DNA of 64,000 nucleotides, taken from Clostridia bacterium. Its GTDB lineage: Bacteria; Bacillota; Clostridia; Oscillospirales; CAG-272. The stretch is taken from the NCBI GenBank assembly GCA_017403155.1, contig JAFQOP010000014.1, positions 15,270-79,269 on the forward strand. The letters run 5' to 3'. The notes under the pieces are model-generated. The model was not told where the DNA came from. It did not search any database and saw only the letters and a program-made list of their open reading frames with translations. The translations under genes were made by a program, and so were the position numbers. This document shows, piece by piece, positions 47,875 through 56,297 of this stretch (position 1 is its first letter; the number at the start of each line of letters is the position of its first letter).

Positions 47875-48705
47875 TTACTTCTTTCCATCACTGTCGTCTG
47901 CTGCGACAGGCGCGTCAAATTCACTTTCCAGAATATCGTCACCCGGCACGTAGTCGGGATTAAGCATAAATTTCATATCAAGTCCGTTAGTCTCATACTC
48001 GGCAACGTCCTCAACAAAATGCACTGTTGTGATTTTTATTCTGTGTATTTTTATAAGCTCCAGCACTCCCATAAATCTTGCAACAAGCTCCGAGCGAGAG
48101 TCGGCATCCTTGAGCAGGAAGAAAAGCGATGCCTCCTCGTGCTCCTCGAGCAGACCGCAGATTTCTTCAATTTTTTCCTCTACGGATACAATTTTGTGCT
48201 TGATAAGCGGGTTAACAAGGTCCTTTGGTGCTCTTTCCGAATTCGCTATTCTTATCCTGCGCATAACCGAATTGAGTGCCTTGATAAGAAGGGCGGGATC
48301 CAAGTCCAGAGGGAGTCCCTTTTCGGGCGGAATATCGTCCGTACCCTTGACGTATCTGCCGGAATACTCCTCATACAACGGACGCAGCTCCTTCGCGGCG
48401 AGCTTTGCCTGCTGATAGAGGAGAAGGGCATCGGCAATTTCGCGACGCGGGTCGTTTTCGGTGCCCTCCTCGTGGGGCAGGATCATTCGGCTCTTGATAA
48501 GCATAAGCTCGCTTGCCATTACGATAAACTCGCTAGCTATATCGAGGTCCAATCGCTGTGCTTCGTCGATGTACTCCATATACTGATCGCAGATGAGTGC
48601 TATCGGTATATCGGTTATGCTTACCTTGTTTTTTGATATAAGAGTAAGAAGAAGGTCGAGCGGACCTTCAAATTGGTCCAGTCGGTACGTAAGCTGTTCA
48701 GTCAT
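47875..48705 (-). CDS. scpA: Segregation and condensation protein A (kleisin)
   Basis: FEGPLDLLL.LI, SEFIVMAS.L..IKSR and F..VLELIK. Confidence 0.95.
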   Translation of the reverse strand: MTEQLTYRLDQFEGPLDLLLTLISKNKVSITDIPIALICDQYMEYIDEAQRLDLDIASEFIVMASELMLIKSRMILPHEEGTENDPRREIADALLLYQQAKLAAKELRPLYEEYSGRYVKGTDDIPPEKGLPLDLDPALLIKALNSVMRRIRIANSERAPKDLVNPLIKHKIVSVEEKIEEICGLLEEHEEASLFFLLKDADSRSELVARFMGVLELIKIHRIKITTVHFVEDVAEYETNGLDMKFMLNPDYVPGDDILESEFDAPVAADDSDGKK

Positions 48706-48735
48706 TTATAAGTGCTCCGTTGAATAGATTGGATG

Positions 48736-49482
48736 TTAATTAAAGATGGGAATAAGCCTCCAGAAGGAGAACATAAGATCGCTGAGAAGTCCTGCGAGAT
48801 ATCCGAGTATGTTGGAAAGAGAGAGCATCTCGGCAACAAATGACAGGATGGGGGAGGCTGCTATTGCAGGGACGGTTAACATAGCACGGGATATAAGGTT
48901 GCCGCCAATCAGCCAGCCAAGTAGGATTAAATAAATTGTTCGTTCGTTTCGCAGAATCCACATCACCGCGCGGTAGGGCAGAAATGCACAAAGAATGCGT
49001 GAGCCGTCAAGCGGAGGAACGGGAATAAGATTGAATACTGCAATACCCAGGTTAAGATAGTGAAAGATGTAGATAAAATCGCATATAACGAACAGTAAAT
49101 TAGTATAGAAGGTGCCTGCTGCTCCAACCGAATATATCAGAAGACGAAGCCCCAGCCAAATAAGAGCAGAGAAAAATGCGAGCACAAGATTCATAAGAGG
49201 ACCTGCAAGTGCTACAAGCGCCATATCTCTTTTTGGCTTTTTCAGATTTCTTGTATTGACGGGGATAGGCTTAGCCCAGCCAAAACGGAAGAAAATGAGG
49301 CAAAGCGCACCTATCGGGTCAAGATGCTTCAGGGGATTCAGAGTGAGTCTGCCGAGGCTCTTGGCTGTCGGGTCGCCGAGCTTGTGCGCGGCAAGTCCGT
49401 GTGCCAATTCGTGCAAGGGGAGAATCAAAAGGACAGCCAATGCTGACATAACGATGGAGATTATATCACTAATGCCAAACAT
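48736..49482 (-). CDS. Site-2 protease (M50) family protein
   Basis: HELAH, GRLTLNP, ALAGP and FNLIPVPPLDG. Confidence 0.95.
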   Translation of the reverse strand: MFGISDIISIVMSALAVLLILPLHELAHGLAAHKLGDPTAKSLGRLTLNPLKHLDPIGALCLIFFRFGWAKPIPVNTRNLKKPKRDMALVALAGPLMNLVLAFFSALIWLGLRLLIYSVGAAGTFYTNLLFVICDFIYIFHYLNLGIAVFNLIPVPPLDGSRILCAFLPYRAVMWILRNERTIYLILLGWLIGGNLISRAMLTVPAIAASPILSFVAEMLSLSNILGYLAGLLSDLMFSFWRLIPIFN

Positions 49483-49494
49483 AATATATCCTCC

Positions 49495-50091
49495 TTATAT
49501 TTTCTCAAATATCTTCTTCCAAACCTCGTCCTTTCCGTCTCTTGTCACAGAGGAGAAGGGGATAATTTCAATATCTGTGCCGAGGAAATATTCGTTGTGA
49601 ATATGCTCAAGCGCATCGGCAAGCTGCTTTTTTGAGAGCTTGTCTGTTTTCGTTGCCACAACAATAAACGGACAGTTCATATCTATCATCCAGTTTATCA
49701 TCATAATATCATCGTCGGTAGGACCTGTCCTGACGTCTATAAGCTGTATTACCAGCTTGAGAGCATCGTGGGAGGGATTCTTGATGAAGAAGTCCTGGGT
49801 AAGGGTGCTCCACACTACCTTCGAGTCCTTTGAGCGCTTTGCATAGCCGTATCCGGGCAGGTCGACGAGAAAGAGCTTTTTGTCAATATCGTAGTAGTTG
49901 ATTGTGATAGTCTTTCCCGGAGCAGAGGACACCCTGGCAAGCGATTTTCTGCCGAGCAATGTGTTTATAAGAGAGCTTTTTCCTACGTTGCTCCTGCCCG
50001 AGAGAGCTATCTCGGGGCGCGGATCTCGCGGGAACTGATGCGATGCACCGACACTCATAACGGCGCCTACGTTGTTAATATTGATCTTCAT
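49495..50091 (-). CDS. engB: Ribosome biogenesis GTPase EngB/YsxC
   Basis: GRSNVGKSS, PGKT, DLPGYG, TKTDK and FSS; start moved to 50091. Confidence 0.96.
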   Translation of the reverse strand: MKININNVGAVMSVGASHQFPRDPRPEIALSGRSNVGKSSLINTLLGRKSLARVSSAPGKTITINYYDIDKKLFLVDLPGYGYAKRSKDSKVVWSTLTQDFFIKNPSHDALKLVIQLIDVRTGPTDDDIMMINWMIDMNCPFIVVATKTDKLSKKQLADALEHIHNEYFLGTDIEIIPFSSVTRDGKDEVWKKIFEKI

Positions 50092-50110
50092 TTCGATTCC
50101 TAGTCCTAGA

Positions 50111-52441
50111 TTATCTGACGAGTGCATTCATCAGCACGTCGTCGGCTGTTTTGCAGGGGATAATGATAAGGTGGTCGCGTGCCTCCTTATCTATCTCGTC
50201 AAGGTCGCGCATATTGTCCTCGGGAATGAGAACGGTCTTAACACCCGAGCGATATGCTGCAAGAGTTTTCTCCTTGAGTCCTCCGATTGCAAGCACCTTG
50301 CCGCGCAGGGTTATCTCTCCGGTCATCGCAATGTCGCGCTTGACGGGAATATTGCCGAGCGCGCTTACCATTGCCGTAACCATCGTTACACCTGCCGAGG
50401 GGCCGTCCTTCGGAATTGCACCCTCGGGGAAGTGAATATGTATATCGGTGGATTTATGGAATTCGGGATCAATTCTATATTTCTTGGCAATGGTTCTAAC
50501 GTAGGAGTGTGCAATCTTTGCCGATTCCTTCATAACGTCGCCAAGAGAGCCGGTTATCTCTATCTTGCCGTTGCCCTCCATTGTCGCTACCTCGACCTTC
50601 AGCAGGTCGCCGCCCGTCTGTGTGTAGGCGAGTCCGTTAACGGTGCCGACGGGGTCGGTTGCCTCAAGTGCCTCGGGGATTACCTTACTCTTGCCGAGAT
50701 ATTCGGAGATATTCTTGTCGGTTATCGTTACCGATTTTACGTCAGTCTCCGCGATCTTCTTTGCCACCTTGCGGATGAGTGAGGCAATCTCGCGCTCCAG
50801 CGTTCTGACGCCTGCCTCCTTGGTGTAATCGGTTATGAGCGCCATAATGCCCTTGTCGGTTATTCTGAAGCGCTTTTTAGTCATTCCGTTGCGCTTTAGC
50901 TGCTTTGGAATCAGATGGTTCTTTGCAATAGCCAGCTTTTCCGAGTCGGTGTATGTGGAGAGCTCTATTACCTCCATTCTGTCAAGCAGCGGCAGGGGAA
51001 TGGATGAATAACTGTTTGCCGTTGCAATGAAGAGAACGTCGGAGAGGTCTATCGGCATCTCCATAAAGTTGTCGCGGAAGGACTTGTTCTGCTCGGGATC
51101 AAGCACCTCAAGCAGGGCGGAGGTCGGGTCACCGCGGAAGTTGTTCGACATCTTGTCAATCTCGTCAAGAACAATAACGGGATTTTGCACCTTTGCATTT
51201 ATAAGGGCGGTGATTATTCTGCCGGGCATAGCACCGACGTAGGTCTTTCTGTGGCCGCGTATCTCTGCCTCGTCGTGCATTCCTCCCAGTGACACTCTTG
51301 CATATTTTCTCTTGAGCGCGCGGGCAACGGATGCCGCCACGGACGTCTTTCCGACACCGGGAGGGCCCACAAGACAGATTATCTGGTTTTTAACGTCGGG
51401 AGAGAACTGCTTTACAGCAACAAACTCAAGTATGCGCTCCTTAACCTTTTCAAGTCCGTCGTGGTCCGCGTCGAGCACCTTGCGTGCCTCGCTGACTGTT
51501 ACAGAATCGGTCGTCCTTATTCCAAAGGGGAAATCAAGACACGTATCGAGATAGGTGCGCAGCACGGTGCTTTCGGCAGCACCGAATGGCGTTTTCATAA
51601 GCTTTCCTAGCTCCTTGAAGAGCTTTTCGCGTACGTCCTCGGGAAGGTTAGCGCTCGCTATTCGCTGCTCATATTCCTTTATCTCGTCATCCTCGTCCTC
51701 TCCGAGCTCGGATTGGATTGCCTTTATCTGCTCACGGAGGAAGTAATCCTTCTGATTGCGGTCGATCTTCTCACGCACCTGCATCTGGATGTCGTGCTCG
51801 CATTCAAGTAGCATCCCCTCCTCCTCGAGGGCAACAAGCAGCTTCTCCAGTCTCTGCTTGGGAGAGAGCGTTTCAAGCACCGACTGCTTGTTTTTGTAGT
51901 CTATAACCGCGCTCGACGCCACAAAATCAGCAAGATAATCGGGGTCGGTTATTGCCTCGGCGGCAAGACGCATATCCTCGGTAAAGGTAGGGTGGATTTC
52001 CTTGAGAGGAACGAGTGATTTCTTTACCTCGCGCATGAGAGCCTCAAGCTCGGGGGTCATTTTTGTGTGTCTTTTGCCCTCTCTGACGGTTGCATATGCA
52101 GACATAAAGCCGTTTGCATCGTCAAACCTTGCAATCTTTGCTCGTGCAATTCCCTCAAAGATTACTGCCAGAGTGCCTTGAGGATTCTTGACTACGTGCT
52201 TGATTTCTGCAAGCACACCGGTCTTGTACATATCCTCACCGGTGGGGTTTTCGATATTTATTTCCTTCTGGGCAACGAGAAGTATTTTTGCATCGTGGAG
52301 AGTTGCCGCAGCGGTAAACGCCTTCAGGGAGGAGGGGCGCGCAATTTCGATATTCATCTGTACTGCAGGGAAACCGACGAGTCCTCGCAGGGGAAGAACG
52401 GGAAGAACCACCTCTATATAATTTTGTGTTAATTCTGACAT
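50111..52441 (-). CDS. lon: Lon ATP-dependent protease
   Basis: LPVLPLR, GPPGVGKTS, DEIDK, PKDGPSAG and IGGLKEK; ATG 52441 after GAGG. Confidence 0.97.
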   Translation of the reverse strand: MSELTQNYIEVVLPVLPLRGLVGFPAVQMNIEIARPSSLKAFTAAATLHDAKILLVAQKEINIENPTGEDMYKTGVLAEIKHVVKNPQGTLAVIFEGIARAKIARFDDANGFMSAYATVREGKRHTKMTPELEALMREVKKSLVPLKEIHPTFTEDMRLAAEAITDPDYLADFVASSAVIDYKNKQSVLETLSPKQRLEKLLVALEEEGMLLECEHDIQMQVREKIDRNQKDYFLREQIKAIQSELGEDEDDEIKEYEQRIASANLPEDVREKLFKELGKLMKTPFGAAESTVLRTYLDTCLDFPFGIRTTDSVTVSEARKVLDADHDGLEKVKERILEFVAVKQFSPDVKNQIICLVGPPGVGKTSVAASVARALKRKYARVSLGGMHDEAEIRGHRKTYVGAMPGRIITALINAKVQNPVIVLDEIDKMSNNFRGDPTSALLEVLDPEQNKSFRDNFMEMPIDLSDVLFIATANSYSSIPLPLLDRMEVIELSTYTDSEKLAIAKNHLIPKQLKRNGMTKKRFRITDKGIMALITDYTKEAGVRTLEREIASLIRKVAKKIAETDVKSVTITDKNISEYLGKSKVIPEALEATDPVGTVNGLAYTQTGGDLLKVEVATMEGNGKIEITGSLGDVMKESAKIAHSYVRTIAKKYRIDPEFHKSTDIHIHFPEGAIPKDGPSAGVTMVTAMVSALGNIPVKRDIAMTGEITLRGKVLAIGGLKEKTLAAYRSGVKTVLIPEDNMRDLDEIDKEARDHLIIIPCKTADDVLMNALVR

Positions 52442-52743
52442 TTTGGATACCTCGCTAATCGTAAAACAATAGAAATTCATTATATTATAACATATCCTGA
52501 TGAAAAAATCCATATAAACGCGCAAAATATTTAAAATAATTTTATAAATTCCTTATATTTACCTTCAAGCACCTCCTTTTTCTCTCCGGATAAGCCAACC
52601 CTGCCACCCGTGTCAAATTAAAACGGGAAAATACGGAAAATGATTTCATCGCACCGCGAGGACAGATATTGTCTGAGAAATTGAGCGATAAGCTCCTACG
52701 ACGTCAAATTTGTCATTGTTTACAAAAATATTTTCAAAACCTA

Positions 52744-52772
52744 TTGACAATTAACGAAAAGCGTGATATAAT
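52744..52772 (+). promoter_or_regulatory. Consensus sigma-A promoter of the infC operon
   Basis: TTGACA-N17-TATAAT with an extended TG. Confidence 0.85.
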
Positions 52773-52777
52773 TTCCA

Positions 52778-52915
52778 GAAGAAGCAAAAGGCTTCTAAAA
52801 CAAGCAGAATTTCCGTTCTCACCATACCACAGGGGTGCGTATGGTAAATACCGTTTCCCTCATTAGAGGTATTTTAGGTGCGTACGGAAGAATCTGTATG
52901 CATTTTTTGTTTTTT
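52778..52915 (+). ncRNA. Ribosomal protein L20 leader (attenuator)
   Basis: 5' UTR of infC-rpmI-rplT with AAGCAGAA...TTCTCACC and a terminator-like stem TGCGTACGGA/TCTGTATGCA plus T run; boundaries approximate. Confidence 0.75.
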
Positions 52916-52929
52916 GGAGGTATAAAACA

Positions 52930-53460
52930 ATTAGCGCTAACAACAAGGATATGCTCATCAACGACGAAATCAAGGCTCCCGAGGTCAGAGTAATCGGCAT
53001 CGGCAACGAGCAGCTTGGAATTATGAAGATTGAGGATGCAAGAAGCTATGCGTACTCAAACGGCGTTGATCTTGTACTTATTGCTCCTACCGCGACTCCT
53101 CCCGTTTGCCGTGCAGTAGATTACGGCAAGTTTTGCTTCGAGCGCGATAAAAGAGAAAAGGAAGCGAAGAAAAAGCAGGTTATCGTTAAGGTTAAAGAGG
53201 TTCAGCTTTCCTGCCGCATCGAGCAGCATGATTTCGACACCCGTGTCAACCACGCCAAGAGATTCCTCAGCGAGGGCAACAAGGTAAAGGCGGTTATCCG
53301 CTTCAGAGGTAGAGAAATGGCTCACGTGGAGCTTGGCCGCGAGGTTATCGAGAAGTTCCAGGAGGCATGCGCCGGATTCGGTGTATCGGAAAAAAAGCCT
53401 GTATTTGAGGGTAGATTCATGTCGATCATCCTCTCTCCTGTAAAGCAGGACAAAAAATAA
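52930..53460 (+). CDS. infC: Translation initiation factor IF-3 (ATT start)
   Basis: INDEI, DLVLI, DYGKF and FRGRE; GGAGG at 52916-52920 is 9 nt upstream of an in-frame ATT at 52930. Confidence 0.95.
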   Translation: MSANNKDMLINDEIKAPEVRVIGIGNEQLGIMKIEDARSYAYSNGVDLVLIAPTATPPVCRAVDYGKFCFERDKREKEAKKKQVIVKVKEVQLSCRIEQHDFDTRVNHAKRFLSEGNKVKAVIRFRGREMAHVELGREVIEKFQEACAGFGVSEKKPVFEGRFMSIILSPVKQDKK

Positions 53461-53507
53461 TTTAATTAGTTAATAAAATAGGGTAAAACCCAAAAAGGAG
53501 AATAAAA

Positions 53508-53702
53508 ATGGGAAAAATCAAGACACATAAGGCATCTGCCAAGAGATTTTCTCTCACCGGTAGCGGTAAGGTAAAGATGTCCCACAACAACCATCGTCAC
53601 AACCTTGGTCACAAGACCTCGAAGCGCAAGAGAGATCTTCGCAAGGGCGCAATTCTTTCTGAGAGCTTTGCACCTACCTACAGACTCCTTATTCAGAAGT
53701 AA
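53508..53702 (+). CDS. rpmI: 50S ribosomal protein L35
   Basis: KIKTHKASAKRF..TGSGK. Confidence 0.97.
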   Translation: MGKIKTHKASAKRFSLTGSGKVKMSHNNHRHNLGHKTSKRKRDLRKGAILSESFAPTYRLLIQK

Positions 53703-53739
53703 TAAGGCAATTAGAGAAAATTTTGGAGGAAGATAGAAA

Positions 53740-54093
53740 ATGGCTAGAATTAAGGGCGCATTAATGACGCGCAAGAGAAGAAAGAGCATCCTCAAGGCAG
53801 CTAAGGGCTACTGGGGTGCAAAGTCCAAGCATTTCAAGATGGCAAAGCAGGCTGTTCTTAAGAGCGGCAACTATGCCTTCACCGGTCGTAAGCTCAAGAA
53901 GAGAGATTTCCGTTCTCTTTGGATCACCAGAATTTCCGCGCAGGCAAAGGTCAACGGTATGAACTACTCGACCCTTATGCACGGTATCAAGGTTGCAGGC
54001 ATAGACCTCAACCGCAAGATGCTCGCTGAGCTTGCAGTTTCCGACAAGGAAGCATTTGCAAAGGTTTGCGAGATGGCAAAGGCTGCGCTTTAA
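53740..54093 (+). CDS. rplT: 50S ribosomal protein L20
   Basis: [24 protein letters not shown] and [10 protein letters not shown]. Confidence 0.98.
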   Translation: MARIKGALMTRKRRKSILKAAKGYWGAKSKHFKMAKQAVLKSGNYAFTGRKLKKRDFRSLWITRISAQAKVNGMNYSTLMHGIKVAGIDLNRKMLAELAVSDKEAFAKVCEMAKAAL

Positions 54094-54099
54094 TAATTT

Positions 54100-54134
54100 A
54101 TCCCGCTTTACCGAATGGAAAAGCGGGATTTTTT
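54100..54134 (+). terminator. Intrinsic terminator after rplT
   Basis: ATCCCGCTTT / AAAGCGGGAT stem plus T run. Confidence 0.85.
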
Positions 54135-54162
54135 CAATAATAAGTACTTCACGGAGCAGATT

Positions 54163-54993
54163 ATGATAATACAGAACGACGTATTGAGAAGTCGGCAGAA
54201 CCCTACGGTAAAGTGGGCAGCCTCTCTCTCGACAAAAAAATACAGAGAGGAGCACCTCGCATTCATAGCAGAGGGTGACAAATTAACCTTTGAGGCTGCG
54301 GAGGCGGGACTTCCCGTGACACATATTTTCGTCACAGAATCGAGAATAGATGGGATAAAGGAGAAAATTTTATCCGCCTTTTGCGATGAAAGATATGAAA
54401 AATGTATGCTTATCACGGTGTCGGATGAGGTTTTTGAAAAAATATCAACCGAAATGGCACCTCAGGGTATCATAAGTGTGATAAAATATCTTGACTTTTT
54501 CCGTGATATGGATATAATATATAAGGAAGACTTTTTTCTCCCGAGGACTGAGCGCGCTATTGCATTGTGCTCTGTCAGGGATCCGCAGAACCTCGGGTCG
54601 GTAATACGTAGCTCGGTTGCCTTTGGCGTCGACCACGTTGTATTGACCGATGACTGCGCGGATATATATAATCCAAAAACCGTAAGGAGTGCCATGGGCT
54701 CTCTTTTCAGAGTCAAGGTGACTCGTGTCGGAGATTTCGGCTCGTTCATCACCTCGGCAAGAGAGAACGGAAGGCGCGTCTTTGCGGCTGAGCTAACCGA
54801 CGGCGCTACTCCGCTGACCTCCCTTGGTGCACAAGATACCGATATATTCATAATCGGCAACGAGGGGCACGGCATACCGAGCGAGCTTTCCGCCATGGCG
54901 GACGGAAGTGTATATATCCCGATCTCAAAGAAAACCGAGTCGCTCAATGCATCTGTTGCGGCGGCGATATTTATGTGGGAGATAAGTAAATAA
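54163..54993 (+). CDS. TrmH/SpoU family RNA methyltransferase
   Basis: SRQNP, DPQNLGSVIRS, RSAMGS, GNEGHG and ESLNASVAA; start moved to ATG 54163 after GGAG. Confidence 0.94.
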   Translation: MIIQNDVLRSRQNPTVKWAASLSTKKYREEHLAFIAEGDKLTFEAAEAGLPVTHIFVTESRIDGIKEKILSAFCDERYEKCMLITVSDEVFEKISTEMAPQGIISVIKYLDFFRDMDIIYKEDFFLPRTERAIALCSVRDPQNLGSVIRSSVAFGVDHVVLTDDCADIYNPKTVRSAMGSLFRVKVTRVGDFGSFITSARENGRRVFAAELTDGATPLTSLGAQDTDIFIIGNEGHGIPSELSAMADGSVYIPISKKTESLNASVAAAIFMWEISK

Positions 54994-55011
54994 ACCCGAA
55001 GAGGAGCTTTT

Positions 55012-56265
55012 ATGGACGAGCGTGTGTATTGGATATGGCTATCAAATGCAGTAACAGCAGGCTCGTCTACCTTTGCGAAGCTCCTCTGTAAATTTTCTAC
55101 GGCAGAGGAGGTCTATTACGCGAGCGACGAGATGATCGCCTCTGCGATAACCTCCAGATCCAAGGATTATACGGCTCTGTGCGACAAGGACCTTACAAAG
55201 GCGGAGAAAATTCATCGATACTGTCTTGAGAAGAATATCGGAATAGTTGTGTTCAGCGACAGATTATTTCCTCACATGCTGAAGGAAATACCTACACCTC
55301 CCGTTCTTCTTTATTACAGAGGAACCTTTCCCGAATTTGACTCGGAGTTCGGTGTTGCCGTCGTCGGCACACGTCGCCTCTCGAGGTACGGACGGAAGAA
55401 TGCGTTTACGATATCCTACGACCTTGCCCGCTCGGGAGCTCTTGTGATATCGGGAATGGCTCTGGGCATCGACGGCGTTGCGCACGCGGGAGCCCTCAGT
55501 GCCGGAAAGAAGACGGTTGCCGTTATCGGTTCGGGAATCAACGTGCTTTATCCCAAGGTCCACGGTCACCTTGCGCGAGAGATAGTGAAGTGTGGATGCG
55601 TGATAAGCGAGTTTGCGCCCTTTACTCCACCAGAAAAGCAGAATTTCCCGATAAGGAACAGACTTATCAGTGGTCTGTCCGTGCTTACCCTTGTTATCGA
55701 GGGACGCGAGAGAAGTGGTGCTCTTCTTACCGCCCGTCATGCCAGAGCGCAGGATAGGGCAGTTTACGCACTGCCGGGCAACGTAGGCAACGCGACAAGC
55801 GAGGTGACAAATCTCCTTATCAGAAACGGTGCTGTTCTGTGTACCGCTGCGGATGATATTGTGCGCGATTACGAGATACGCTCGCGCGGAAAGCTGAATC
55901 CGCATGAGCTGGCAAAGCCCTCACGCGTAAATATGGAGGAGGCGCTATCGGAGCTCAAGATTTCATGCGTTTCCGCCGAGGATAGGGAAATCTTCCGCCC
56001 GACTAAGACTGAACGGAAAAAGAAAGAAGAGGATGCTGAAGAGCCGACGGCTACGACACTGCCCATGCCCGAGGCTGATCTCGGTAGCTTTGATGAAAAG
56101 ACGGTAAGACTATATCAAAGAATTCCTCTTGGCGATGGGTGTCTCGTGGATTCCTTGGTTGACGGCGAGATGACTCTGCGCGATGTAATGAAGGGACTTT
56201 TGAAGCTCGAGATGGGTTGCTTTGTAAAAATGCTCCCGGGTGAGCGCGTCCGTCGAAATTTTTAG
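55012..56265 (+). CDS. dprA: DNA processing protein DprA
   Basis: PPVLLYYRG, AVVGTR, ISGMALGIDGVAH, FPIRNRLISG and SGALLTA. Confidence 0.96.
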   Translation: MDERVYWIWLSNAVTAGSSTFAKLLCKFSTAEEVYYASDEMIASAITSRSKDYTALCDKDLTKAEKIHRYCLEKNIGIVVFSDRLFPHMLKEIPTPPVLLYYRGTFPEFDSEFGVAVVGTRRLSRYGRKNAFTISYDLARSGALVISGMALGIDGVAHAGALSAGKKTVAVIGSGINVLYPKVHGHLAREIVKCGCVISEFAPFTPPEKQNFPIRNRLISGLSVLTLVIEGRERSGALLTARHARAQDRAVYALPGNVGNATSEVTNLLIRNGAVLCTAADDIVRDYEIRSRGKLNPHELAKPSRVNMEEALSELKISCVSAEDREIFRPTKTERKKKEEDAEEPTATTLPMPEADLGSFDEKTVRLYQRIPLGDGCLVDSLVDGEMTLRDVMKGLLKLEMGCFVKMLPGERVRRNF

Positions 56266-56297
56266 TATGAAAGGCAGCGGCTAAGCCGCTAATATCT

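Noticed and set aside
52542-52579. Strong AAGGAGG on the minus strand followed by a TTG-started 8-codon ORF upstream of lon
   Set aside because: SD-start spacing is only 3 nt and the peptide is featureless; cannot be supported as a leader peptide.
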